Of a DNA stretch of 64,000 nt, positions 21,059-30,380 are shown one piece after another. Each line of letters starts with the position of its first letter. Position 1 is the first letter of the stretch. The stretch comes from a virus: IMG/VR virus record IMGVR_UViG_3300028377_000004, positions 1-64,000 of that record; one strand, written 5' to 3'. Under the pieces are notes generated by a model. It did no database searches. It was not told where the DNA came from and saw nothing but the letters and a program-made list of their open reading frames with translations. The position numbers were made by a program, and so were the translations under genes.

Positions 21059-21379
21059 ATGGAAATCAAATCAAGGGTAGAGGAATTTATCGAAAGGTTG
21101 GAAAAAGTGAGATGGGGAGCTTTTATTATTGAGAGGGACGGAGAATGTAAAGAAGATACTTTCAAAGTCAGTATTGGTCGTGTCATGTGCTGGATTGTTT
21201 TCGGTTTCCTTTCCTATATGTGGCTATGGGGTTTAACAATTCCAGAGACAATGATCACCGCTTTTTATGTTTTAGTCTCGTATAATCTCACAAAGAAATT
21301 TTCAGAGCCTATTTCAAAAGCATTGGGCAATCGGGTAGAGAGAAAAGAAAATAAAAATGATAATGGAGATTCTAAATGA
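21059..21379 (+). CDS. Small membrane protein, holin-like
   Basis: 106 aa, two TM segments, charged C-terminal tail; first of three membrane genes. Confidence 0.45.
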   Translation: MEIKSRVEEFIERLEKVRWGAFIIERDGECKEDTFKVSIGRVMCWIVFGFLSYMWLWGLTIPETMITAFYVLVSYNLTKKFSEPISKALGNRVERKENKNDNGDSK

Positions 21380-21915
21380 AAGTTCCTGTAGAAAAAATTG
21401 AAGAAGAAACTTCTTTATGGTCACAGATCGGAGATGCCTTAGGGGTAGCTTTCAAATGGACCATGAGATATCCTTTGGCGCTTGTAGTGGCTTTTCTTGT
21501 TATAGTCCTTGCTTCCTTATTCATGTTCTTAGGAATGGGAGATAAGTTTAACTGGGGTGGGATAATTGGAAAGCTTTTCGGTAAAACAGATGAGTCTCGT
21601 ATCCAGAAAGCAAATAAAATCCCGGACTCCCGCGTTGACGAAGAAGGGAATGTTATTCTCATTGGAGAACCCGATGAGGAAGGATTCGTTCAAAAAGAAG
21701 TGAGTGTAATAGATCACAGTAAAAATCCTTTCAGAGACAAAACCAAGGTTGAGATCACAACTGACGAAGGGAAGAAAAAGATTTCACTACCTAAAGGAGT
21801 TGAAGACACGGACGTTGATAAAGTCCTTGAAATAAAACCCGAAGTCTATGAAGTGAAAACAAAGAAAAGACCTTCTGAACGTGTGACTGACAATGATTTG
21901 GATTTATTAAAATAA
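21376..21915 (+). CDS. Single-TM membrane protein (i-spanin-like candidate)
   Basis: N-proximal TM helix and a highly charged soluble domain; ATGA overlap with the previous gene. Confidence 0.4.
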   Translation: MKVPVEKIEEETSLWSQIGDALGVAFKWTMRYPLALVVAFLVIVLASLFMFLGMGDKFNWGGIIGKLFGKTDESRIQKANKIPDSRVDEEGNVILIGEPDEEGFVQKEVSVIDHSKNPFRDKTKVEITTDEGKKKISLPKGVEDTDVDKVLEIKPEVYEVKTKKRPSERVTDNDLDLLK

Positions 21916-21924
21916 GAGAAAATA

Positions 21925-22629
21925 ATGCTTATAAAAGATAAAAAATTTAGAGTAGGTTTCGTTTTCGGTATGGCTTTCGGATTTGTTTTCGGAGCTATGC
22001 TGATGATCGCATTGGTTGCTTTTAGTCCTGAAGTAAAAGCTTCTGAATTACCACCCACATCGGAACAGGTAGTAGATTGTCCAGAGGGACACAAATGTAT
22101 TCCTGACGAAATAGCAGAAAGATGGCTTCCTATCCTAGAAGAAAGACAGTGCATGGACACTGCTCTAGATGAACTGAATGAGGACCTTCAATTAGAGTTT
22201 AGTGAGTACCATGTGATCATTACCAGAGAAGGACAAGTCTTTGATCGGGAACAAATGGAGATCGTGCTTACCTGGTGCAATTATGAAATTGGATTTCTGG
22301 CAGCACCCAATCTTTCCATCTCCATAGCAGAAGAAGAGGATGATGTTCAGAAATGGGGATTTCGTCTTCGTCTCAGGTTAGGAGCAGCCATGTGGCCCAA
22401 GGCTTTTCTTGATCTAGATCAAGACGTGCTATCTCCCGTCTTTATGGTAGAGCCTTTCTTCATTAGCCATTTTCATGCTCTAGCTTATGCAGGTTTGGAT
22501 AATTTCGGGGTTGGATTAGGGTTGGACTTGACAAGAAACCTGAATGTATTTGGAGGGGTAGGCGCTACCTGGAGTTTTGATGAGCAGGACATTGGACCGG
22601 TCTTTGGCGTATCTCTTTCTTTCAACTGA
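21925..22629 (+). CDS. N-terminally anchored protein with a C-terminal outer-membrane beta-strand domain
   Basis: N-terminal hydrophobic segment; C-terminal alternating Gly/hydrophobic strands ending ...GPVFGVSLSFN. Confidence 0.45.
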   Translation: MLIKDKKFRVGFVFGMAFGFVFGAMLMIALVAFSPEVKASELPPTSEQVVDCPEGHKCIPDEIAERWLPILEERQCMDTALDELNEDLQLEFSEYHVIITREGQVFDREQMEIVLTWCNYEIGFLAAPNLSISIAEEEDDVQKWGFRLRLRLGAAMWPKAFLDLDQDVLSPVFMVEPFFISHFHALAYAGLDNFGVGLGLDLTRNLNVFGGVGATWSFDEQDIGPVFGVSLSFN

Positions 22630-22637
22630 TCATTATA

Positions 22638-23408
22638 ATGACTAATTTACCGTTCTCAAAAGACGATATTCCCAAAAAATGGACAAATGGAGTAACATGG
22701 GAAAAAGTATCGGAGTTTCAAAAAGATTTTGATCTCAAATTTAAAGAGACAGATCTGGAACTTTTTCTCAAAATCCTAGCTTTCGCAAAATGGGTATATG
22801 ACCATCCTCATTTTGACTTTATGCTTCGGGCACAGGGCCTAGCAATGGTACCTGCGGATAATAAGGAAGGAACCAAGCCTTCAGAAGTTCCAGTCCTAGG
22901 TTTTTCGGGATGCAAACCTGGATCCGAAATACCTGTAAATCTCCAGAAAATATTACCCCAAAACAACCCTCCCAATTCGCTCCGCAATTCAGAGATAATA
23001 ACCAGTTCTAATGGTGTTAAATATAATAGAGGGACTGAAATAGAACATAAAGTAAAAAGCGCCACCAAATATAGAGAGGGAGTGCCGTCCACTTATATGA
23101 GCAAGACTCCCTTGTCCCTGCATAAACCTAATTATCCTAGCGTTGCTATTTGGGAACTGGATTTTCACGTCAAAAGGTGGGGTTCCTCGTCTGCTACCAG
23201 TTTTAGTCATGTACTAAAGAGAGAGATAAGTAAAGTTCTTGACCTGAAAGATGATAAGATTTTTTTCGACACTAGCATCTCACGTAAACCTCGTCTCTTT
23301 GTATTCTCCGAAAAACCTACCTCATCCTTTACGTTTAAAGAAAGTATGTTTGGTGGCTTCGGCAAGTTAAAGATTGATAGGAATAGAATTTGGTTCGATA
23401 ATAATTGA
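22638..23408 (+). CDS. Hypothetical protein
   Basis: 256-aa ORF in operon context; no motif recognised. Confidence 0.55.
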   Translation: MTNLPFSKDDIPKKWTNGVTWEKVSEFQKDFDLKFKETDLELFLKILAFAKWVYDHPHFDFMLRAQGLAMVPADNKEGTKPSEVPVLGFSGCKPGSEIPVNLQKILPQNNPPNSLRNSEIITSSNGVKYNRGTEIEHKVKSATKYREGVPSTYMSKTPLSLHKPNYPSVAIWELDFHVKRWGSSSATSFSHVLKREISKVLDLKDDKIFFDTSISRKPRLFVFSEKPTSSFTFKESMFGGFGKLKIDRNRIWFDNN

Positions 23409-23493
23409 ACTCATTTGGACGAAAAAATGAGAACCAGGCGTTCCTTTATTGCTCTTTATTAACAAGACAAAAGACAAGTAGGAATCCTATATT

Positions 23494-24291
23494 ATGGCAA
23501 AATGGTCCGCAGCACAACAACGAAGAATGCTCCATGAAAATGCAATTCTCTGGAGAAAATATCAAGAAAGAGAAGGCTCAGGATATTTGGGTCTTGACTT
23601 TTCTCTCACCTCGACGGGTGTGGTTCTTTTAGACAATGAAGGGAATCTAGTAAGGCACGAAGCTCTAACCTCCGCAGCAAAAGATGGCACTACCGCAGAA
23701 AGGATTGCTACCATGACGGACTCCATTCAGGAGATCTTGTCAACTACCAAACCGAAAGTAATTGCAGTCGAGTCCATTAACGTTGGAACACATGTCAACT
23801 CCCTTCTTCAATTGGCTAGGGTATCCGGAGCAGTATACCAGATCATACTTGATAACGTAAAGCCTCCTCCTTATATGCTTTTTTGTAACGTATCTTCTCT
23901 CAAAACCGCCGCAACTGGAGATGTTAAGGCTACGAAATCACACATGCTCCTGGAAGTTTTTGCGAAGTGGGGAGAGCGCATGGACACTGACGACGAAGCT
24001 GATGCTTTTGTGGCAGCTAAATTGGGGTCTAAATTAGATGCCTTTTTCAACTGCTATGAAAAAGCTATTTCTCGATCTGAAAATATTGATGATGCCTTGA
24101 TGGAAATATGCAAGGGAAGAGATAAAAAGTTTTATTCTGTTCTGGAAGAAAATGGAATTACACAGACCGAAGCTGATGCTCTTCTAGGGATCTTTACGGG
24201 AAGCAGGAAAGGGGGATCAGGTCTAAATCAGATGAAAGAAAACGATACTGAATTCTATTATGAAGCCCGAAAAACCCTGAAAGAAGTATAA
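23494..24291 (+). CDS. ruvC: RuvC-like Holliday junction resolvase
   Basis: LGLDFSLTSTG, IAVES, LKTAATG..KATK, DDEADA catalytic motifs. Confidence 0.85.
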   Translation: MAKWSAAQQRRMLHENAILWRKYQEREGSGYLGLDFSLTSTGVVLLDNEGNLVRHEALTSAAKDGTTAERIATMTDSIQEILSTTKPKVIAVESINVGTHVNSLLQLARVSGAVYQIILDNVKPPPYMLFCNVSSLKTAATGDVKATKSHMLLEVFAKWGERMDTDDEADAFVAAKLGSKLDAFFNCYEKAISRSENIDDALMEICKGRDKKFYSVLEENGITQTEADALLGIFTGSRKGGSGLNQMKENDTEFYYEARKTLKEV

Positions 24292-24343
24292 ATTTTTAAT
24301 AACTGAATGAAAGTAATCTTTATAAGTACGGACACCCATTAGT

Positions 24344-26065
24344 ATGAACGATAAAATTTATCAGAAAATGTTGAAAATTAGGAATGCCACGGATTTGAGC
24401 ATTGCCCCGGCCAGTCGTCTTCGAGACGAAATTACACTGAAAGATGGATCTAAGGTTCCCCTCAAACTTAGAAATTATCAGATCCAGATGGTGTTTCATG
24501 CGCTTCTTATGAAGCGTTTTATTATTGGGGATGACACCGGTTTGGGAAAAACCCCGATGAGTATAGCTACACAATGCTATCTCTGGGAAAAAGAACCAGA
24601 TCTCATTCCCATTGTAGTTACAAAGACTTCTGCTATGAGACAATGGGGAACCGAAATATCTAAATTTTGTGAAGACAATGTTTCCTCTACTCTAGTAGAG
24701 GGTGGTCCAGAGGACCGAGCCAAGATCTATGAAGAGTTCTTTGAGAATTGGGATGAAGATAATCCTTCTTTTCTTATCGTCAATTATCACCGGCTTAGAA
24801 GAGATAAAAGAACTATTTTCTCATTAGTAGAAGATAAAAGGCTTTCTATCTTCTATGATGAGGCAACCGCTTTTAAAAGTCCTACGTCTCAAACTCATAA
24901 GGTATGTAAACAGTTAGCAGAAATATCTGAAAGAGTATATGGCCTTACAGCAACTCTCATTAAAAATAATCTGGAAGAAGGTTATGGAATTTTCAAGGTT
25001 ATCCATCCTGAGATCTTCCGAACCAAAAAAGGGTTTCATAGGGAATATTGCATCACTAGAAAGCAAAGACTTCCCGGAATGCGAAAACGATATGTAGAGG
25101 TCGTAGTAGGACATAGTCTCAGTCAACTCGATAGTTTTAAAAAAGAGATCGATCCCTATTATCTGGGCAGGGCTAAAAAGGATGTTGCCACTGAGCTTCC
25201 TCCACTAACCTCCAAAGAGATTTATATCCCGCTTCTAAGTGACCAATGGGATCTGTATCAGGAATCGCTCTCGGGACTTCTCACGATCAATTTGGGGCTG
25301 GAAGATGAAGAGGACAAAGAAACCACCAAGTTAACTCAGTTGATGTATTGCCAAGAGATTGTCAATAGTCCAGAACTCATTGGGAGAGAAGTGAGGAGTT
25401 CTAAGGAAGAATACTTTTTAGATCTATTAAAAGAAGAATTTGAAGGCGAAAAGGTAATTGTATTCACCAGATTCAGGTCAATGGTCGACCGTTTCCAACA
25501 GTTATTAGAAGAAAACGAAGGCTATACCCTGGGAATAAAACAAGATGAGAATGACAGTGGTAAGTGGAAACCCATAGAAGATGGTCAAGACTCAAAGGGT
25601 CTGGTTAGAGTCACGGGTGCCGAGGATTCTGAAATGAGAGAGGCGGGAAAAGAAGCCTTTACAGAGAGTGAAGATACGAACCTGATCTTTTTGACGATGG
25701 CGGGCGCAGAAGCGATCAATTTACAACAGGCAAGGGTCATGATCTTTTACGATCTTCCTTGGTCGGCGGGAGATTATCTTCAGCTAATTGGGAGAATGAT
25801 TCGGATTGGAAGTCCTCATGACCGAGTCTATGCCATTCATTTAATTGGGGAAGGTCCCCGCGAAGAAACGACCATAGACCATCATGTTCTCCAAACTCTC
25901 CAAAAAAAGATGGGATGGATTGAAAGAGTTCTAGGGGAGCGACTTGTTAAAGAAAATGCGGAGGATATCGATGAGGATGAACATGATTTAATACTAAATA
26001 CGGAAAGTGATACTAATGATATTTTCCGAAGGGTACAAGATAGTGCTCGTTCCCTGGTGGGATAA
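24344..26065 (+). CDS. SNF2-family (SF2) helicase/ATPase
   Basis: GDDTGLGKT (motif I), YDEAT (II), ATLIKNNLEE (III), VIVFTRF, EAINLQQA..MIFYDLPW....LQLIGRMIRIG (V-VI). Confidence 0.9.
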   Translation: MNDKIYQKMLKIRNATDLSIAPASRLRDEITLKDGSKVPLKLRNYQIQMVFHALLMKRFIIGDDTGLGKTPMSIATQCYLWEKEPDLIPIVVTKTSAMRQWGTEISKFCEDNVSSTLVEGGPEDRAKIYEEFFENWDEDNPSFLIVNYHRLRRDKRTIFSLVEDKRLSIFYDEATAFKSPTSQTHKVCKQLAEISERVYGLTATLIKNNLEEGYGIFKVIHPEIFRTKKGFHREYCITRKQRLPGMRKRYVEVVVGHSLSQLDSFKKEIDPYYLGRAKKDVATELPPLTSKEIYIPLLSDQWDLYQESLSGLLTINLGLEDEEDKETTKLTQLMYCQEIVNSPELIGREVRSSKEEYFLDLLKEEFEGEKVIVFTRFRSMVDRFQQLLEENEGYTLGIKQDENDSGKWKPIEDGQDSKGLVRVTGAEDSEMREAGKEAFTESEDTNLIFLTMAGAEAINLQQARVMIFYDLPWSAGDYLQLIGRMIRIGSPHDRVYAIHLIGEGPREETTIDHHVLQTLQKKMGWIERVLGERLVKENAEDIDEDEHDLILNTESDTNDIFRRVQDSARSLVG

Positions 26066-26086
26066 GAAATATGTTACATTTAAAAG

Positions 26087-26797
26087 ATGAGAATAGATAT
26101 GACAAAAAAGAAAACGAAAGAGTGTGAAATTTGCGGTGGGGCAGGTTGGGTCCCCGTTAGCGAAGACGATTCCGATTTTGCAGAGATCAAAGAAAAATGG
26201 GGGCAACATGCTGATGCCTATATCACAAAGAGAAGGTGTGATTGCCTCCTAGAGAAACAATTTCTGAGGTGGGTAGGTCCTCCTATCTACAATGCCAGAA
26301 AAATAAATGAGAGTCCCTTATTAGGTAGAGAAAATGAAAACCTTTTCATTACTGCCAGTAGGGGAGAATTACTTAGCCACCTTCGTTTTGTGCTTGCTCA
26401 CCAGGACCTAACTTTCTTCTGGACGATGACAAATGACTCTGATCTTCGGGATATCTTTGTAGGAAATGTGGAGGACTATCCATCCGTTTCTTCTTTTGTA
26501 AAGAGACCCGAACTTGTGATTATACAGTTGGCAGTTCTTTCCTATAAGAACGTGGCCATGTCGGGCGTCGTCCTAGAAGCTCTCAGAACCCGTCAGTTCA
26601 ACGGTAAACCTACCTGGGTGGTTAACCCCCCTACTACTCCTTTCAGGGACGGACATTTGGCCTGGAGTCCCGAGCTTGAGTATTTCATCGATGAATATTT
26701 CGATACGATCAAGATCAAAAGCAGAGCTTCTAAGGGAAGCGGAAATACTCAGAAAAAGAAAATAAGAAGTAACGTACAAGACATCGACATTTTTTAA
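26087..26797 (+). CDS. Degenerate DnaC/IstB-like helicase loader with N-terminal Zn finger
   Basis: CEICGGAGW...RCDC; NLFIT, ELVII and RQFNGKPTWV segments align with DnaC, but Walker A/B residues are lost; directly upstream of DnaB. Confidence 0.5.
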   Translation: MRIDMTKKKTKECEICGGAGWVPVSEDDSDFAEIKEKWGQHADAYITKRRCDCLLEKQFLRWVGPPIYNARKINESPLLGRENENLFITASRGELLSHLRFVLAHQDLTFFWTMTNDSDLRDIFVGNVEDYPSVSSFVKRPELVIIQLAVLSYKNVAMSGVVLEALRTRQFNGKPTWVVNPPTTPFRDGHLAWSPELEYFIDEYFDTIKIKSRASKGSGNTQKKKIRSNVQDIDIF

Positions 26798-26828
26798 GAA
26801 ACGAAAAAGTAAGAAGAGGAAGTAAAGT

Positions 26829-28286
26829 ATGAAAAAGATAATACGATCTGTCATCAACTGTGGTGGCAATATTGAACTTGACGATCTCCAGAGAAACCTA
26901 TTTCACTTAGCAGAAAGCAAACTGATATTTGTGGCGGATGAAGATCAGGATATCTGGAATTGGGTTATTGAATATACAAGAACCTATACAGAACCGCCGA
27001 CCATGAACTCGGTTCGGGACTATTTCGAGCGGGAAAATAAACTAGAAGTTTTGGACCGTCTGGAAGAAATAGAAGCGGTTTCCAAAGTATATACGCATTC
27101 TGATTTTGAGAACCTGGTAAGGACTGCTCTTAGAGAACAAAACGAGAGACAGACTAGTTTCCTGCTCAAAGATGCAGGACATATCCTGACATCAGGAATG
27201 CCGGTAGGAAAAGGTCGAGAGAAGAAAGACTATAAAGGATATAAAGATGCCATTCGCTACATTATGGAAAGGGCAGATAAACTACTAATGACGGACACAG
27301 GACAGGTTTTCCGTTCGGATATTACACAGGATTCCAAAGACGTGATGAAAAGTTTTGAGAACACTCTCGCCAATGCACATAATGCTTGGGGAAGAGGAAC
27401 GGGTCTGGACCCAATTGATACAGTCTGTAGAGGAGTCAAACCCGGCGAACTATGGATCCATGCAGCTTATACTGGTGAATTAAAAAGTACCTTTGCACTC
27501 AACTGGGCGTATAAGACTGCAATGATCTTCAAGTACAACGTCTATTACTATTCCCTAGAAATGCCTGTAGAGCAGATCCGTTTGATTCTCTATGTTATGC
27601 ATTCAAATCATCCTAAATTCCGTAGGCAAGGCTATGAACCCTTGGATTATCGCGTAATTCGAGACGGTGTTGGGTCAGAGAACCAGAGGATCACACAAAA
27701 AGAAATTGATTTCTTTAAGCTAGTAGTTCAAGACTTCGAGCAGGGGGCAGGTACTGAATATGGTTCTATTATTGTAGAATGTCCCGACGAAGCTGCTACC
27801 ACAATGTCAATGGTCAAGTCAAGGATTGAATTGGCGCACCAGACAACACCAATCCATCTAGTTTTTATTGACTATCTGGGTCTTCTGGCAGCGGACAGAC
27901 AGAGGGGAAATCACAGAGAAGAATTGAACTCCATTTTCAGGGATGCCAAACAGATGTGCTTGACTTTCAATAGGGGAGAACGAATCCCTATTGTAGCCTT
28001 ACACCAGATCAATAGAGAAGGTAAAAAAGAGGCTGAGAAAAATGATGGCCGTTATAATACACAGGCTCTAGCGGATACGTCGGCAGCAGAGAGGACCGCA
28101 GACGTTATCACTTATACCTACTTAGATGATGATCTTAGAAGGGAAGGACAGACCAAATTGGGTTGCATAAAAAACAGAGATAACCCTCATTTTGATATGT
28201 TTTTGGCAAATATCCATTTCCCATCTCGTTTTATTTCCAACAAGAAAAAGCCTACGGGCGCAGTCGGTTTCTCGAAATTGATATGA
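26829..28286 (+). CDS. dnaB: Replicative DnaB-like (SF4) helicase
   Basis: GVKPGELWIHAAYTGELKST, YSLEMP, VFIDYLGLL, ALHQINRE, AERTADV, KNRD motifs. Confidence 0.85.
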   Translation: MKKIIRSVINCGGNIELDDLQRNLFHLAESKLIFVADEDQDIWNWVIEYTRTYTEPPTMNSVRDYFERENKLEVLDRLEEIEAVSKVYTHSDFENLVRTALREQNERQTSFLLKDAGHILTSGMPVGKGREKKDYKGYKDAIRYIMERADKLLMTDTGQVFRSDITQDSKDVMKSFENTLANAHNAWGRGTGLDPIDTVCRGVKPGELWIHAAYTGELKSTFALNWAYKTAMIFKYNVYYYSLEMPVEQIRLILYVMHSNHPKFRRQGYEPLDYRVIRDGVGSENQRITQKEIDFFKLVVQDFEQGAGTEYGSIIVECPDEAATTMSMVKSRIELAHQTTPIHLVFIDYLGLLAADRQRGNHREELNSIFRDAKQMCLTFNRGERIPIVALHQINREGKKEAEKNDGRYNTQALADTSAAERTADVITYTYLDDDLRREGQTKLGCIKNRDNPHFDMFLANIHFPSRFISNKKKPTGAVGFSKLI

Positions 28287-28307
28287 TGATGAAAGGAAAA
28301 GATCCCC

Positions 28308-29036
28308 ATGACAATACATAATAACGACGGTCAAATTCAAGGACAAGGCACAGCCCGAAAAGGATACTATCGAGCAAGGGCTGATAATATCAAAGAACAG
28401 GTTTCCGTGTATGATATTCTCAACTATTATGATGTTCCTATCCGCACTGAGAACGCTGAGGTTCAATTTCCCTGTCCTCTGCATGGTGATGGTAGGGACA
28501 TGGGCTTCTCGGCCCGTGCGTATCCAGAAGAGAGCAGGGGAGAAGGCAGTTCTACCTACTGTTTTGGTTGCCACAAGTCCCGAGATGTTATCGAATGGGT
28601 TAAGGATAAAGAAACGATCTCATTTATTCAAGCCATGAAATTGATAGAAGAAGTGTTTGGAGTTCAAGAAATTCCTAATATCTATGATTTCTTTGACCCT
28701 ACTCAAATGGTGGATTCTGGAGATGGAAAAGCTCCAAAATCTCAACTCGATAATGAACTCTCTGAAATTTTAGATAAGCCTAAGAATTTGGATCAAGGAA
28801 GCATTGAATTCGTAGAGAAAAAAATCATGCGCCTTATTGCCAACTCAAAAGAAAAGGTATCAATGAAAGCGGCTACTCGTCTTTTTTATGCATATGATTC
28901 TGTTAAATTTGATCTGGAAAATGAAAATATAGAAGAAGAGAGAGCCCTCAAAATTTTGACTCAGGTCATGCACAAAGTAATGGAATTTGGTGCTGCTAAA
29001 ACGGAAAGTAATGGAGATTCAGAAGAGGATATATAG
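28308..29036 (+). CDS. Stand-alone primase CHC2 zinc-binding domain protein (no Toprim)
   Basis: CPLHGD...YCFGC...DVIEWV..KE.ISF.QA; no Toprim DxD/E motifs in the remainder. Confidence 0.75.
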   Translation: MTIHNNDGQIQGQGTARKGYYRARADNIKEQVSVYDILNYYDVPIRTENAEVQFPCPLHGDGRDMGFSARAYPEESRGEGSSTYCFGCHKSRDVIEWVKDKETISFIQAMKLIEEVFGVQEIPNIYDFFDPTQMVDSGDGKAPKSQLDNELSEILDKPKNLDQGSIEFVEKKIMRLIANSKEKVSMKAATRLFYAYDSVKFDLENENIEEERALKILTQVMHKVMEFGAAKTESNGDSEEDI

Positions 29037-29080
29037 AAGAAACCCAAGGCACTTCCTTTTTACAAAAATGATTTTAAAAA

Positions 29081-29836
29081 ATGCGCAAAAATAATTACAA
29101 AATACAAAAGGCTACAGACCCTACCACTATTGATACCATAGGTTTTCAGTCTCGTCTAGAAGGGTTAGAGGTAAGGGACTGCTTGCTTATCCTAGAACCT
29201 GATAATGGTTGCAAACTGGAGCTTCTCACACGTCCCCCAATGAATTCTACGACCCTAGAAAGCGTACTCAAAGGCGAAGGGGGAGTCTTTGGTATTGATA
29301 GTGCTCGTATCTCTGGGAACCCTCAGGATGCGAATGGCCGTATTTATGGGAAATATGATAAAGGTATTGCCATGAAACCACGTAGCTCAGGTAGGTTCCC
29401 TGCCAATCTGATACTGGAACATGGCCCCTCCTGTTACATGGAAGGGACAAAGAAAATAAAAAACACTTCGGGTTCTGTCTCAGGCAATGAACCTAGTGGA
29501 GTTACGAAAGACATTTACGGAAAATACCAGGGAAGAAAATCTTTTACAGCTTTCGGGGATGAAGATGGAAACGAAGAGGTGGCTTCTTGGATCTGTGAAC
29601 CTACTTGTCCTGTAGCTACGATGGATGAACAGAGTGGTGTCCTAGTAAGCAAATGGGGCAAACAGGGAAACTCTAATGGAGTAGGTAGTATGTTTTTCGG
29701 AGATCACAATCATAATGCGTCCGAATCCGATAATTTTATCGGAGATGAAGGTGGAGACTCCCGTTATTTCAAACAAGTTCAATCCGGAAAAGAATTAAAC
29801 GAATATCTTACCACATTAATACGAAAAGAGCAATGA
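29081..29836 (+). CDS. DNA N6/N4-methyltransferase-derived fragment lacking catalytic motifs
   Basis: GGVFGIDSARI, GRFPANLILEH, C..TCPVATMDEQSG, DEGGDSRYFKQV match the central region of phage beta-class MTases; no DPPY or F.G.G motif. Confidence 0.55.
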   Translation: MRKNNYKIQKATDPTTIDTIGFQSRLEGLEVRDCLLILEPDNGCKLELLTRPPMNSTTLESVLKGEGGVFGIDSARISGNPQDANGRIYGKYDKGIAMKPRSSGRFPANLILEHGPSCYMEGTKKIKNTSGSVSGNEPSGVTKDIYGKYQGRKSFTAFGDEDGNEEVASWICEPTCPVATMDEQSGVLVSKWGKQGNSNGVGSMFFGDHNHNASESDNFIGDEGGDSRYFKQVQSGKELNEYLTTLIRKEQ

Positions 29837-30297
29837 ATCGCCAATTTAAAATTCAAGACCCTGAATGGGGAGAAAAAACCATCTTCGTTATACATGAATA
29901 TAAAGAAGATGGTCTAATAAGATGGCAAAAAGAATGGGATCAATTTCGCACTGATCCCGAGCTAATGCAGATAGGTAATCTTTTCTCTCCCATATCCTTT
30001 GAGGCGTATCAAGACGCCCTGAGAGGGCACACTCAACCTATCATTAATGAGTTAGGCTTGCCACCACACGCTTGCTTGCTCAAGACCCCCGACCCAAACC
30101 TACAGTGTGGTTTAAGAGAAAACTGCTCTATGCATGATCCTGATAATTGCCTGGGAAATCTGGACGAAGTTCCAGCATGTTTCGAGGCTGATATTAAATC
30201 GGAAGAAGATACCGAAGTCCGTGCGTTAACTGCACGAGTATTTGAACTTTGGAGAATGGGCTTTTACATCGTAATTGCTCCCATCACCGAGTTCTAA
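29833..30297 (+). CDS. Hypothetical Cys-containing protein
   Basis: 154 aa, ATGA-coupled to the previous gene; C..QC....C....C...L...P.CF cluster. Confidence 0.6.
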   Translation: MNRQFKIQDPEWGEKTIFVIHEYKEDGLIRWQKEWDQFRTDPELMQIGNLFSPISFEAYQDALRGHTQPIINELGLPPHACLLKTPDPNLQCGLRENCSMHDPDNCLGNLDEVPACFEADIKSEEDTEVRALTARVFELWRMGFYIVIAPITEF

Positions 30298-30299
30298 AC

Positions 30300-30338
30300 G
30301 ATGATGATCATGACCATGACAAAGACCATGACAAAGAG
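30300..30338 (+). repeat. Short tandem repeat upstream of polA
   Basis: GATGAT GATCAT GACCAT GACAAA GACCAT GACAAA GAG; perfect 12-bp duplication at 30312-30335. Confidence 0.7.
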
Positions 30339-30380
30339 CTTAGAAACCCACATAACAACTAGCACAAAAGAAAGGTAATT

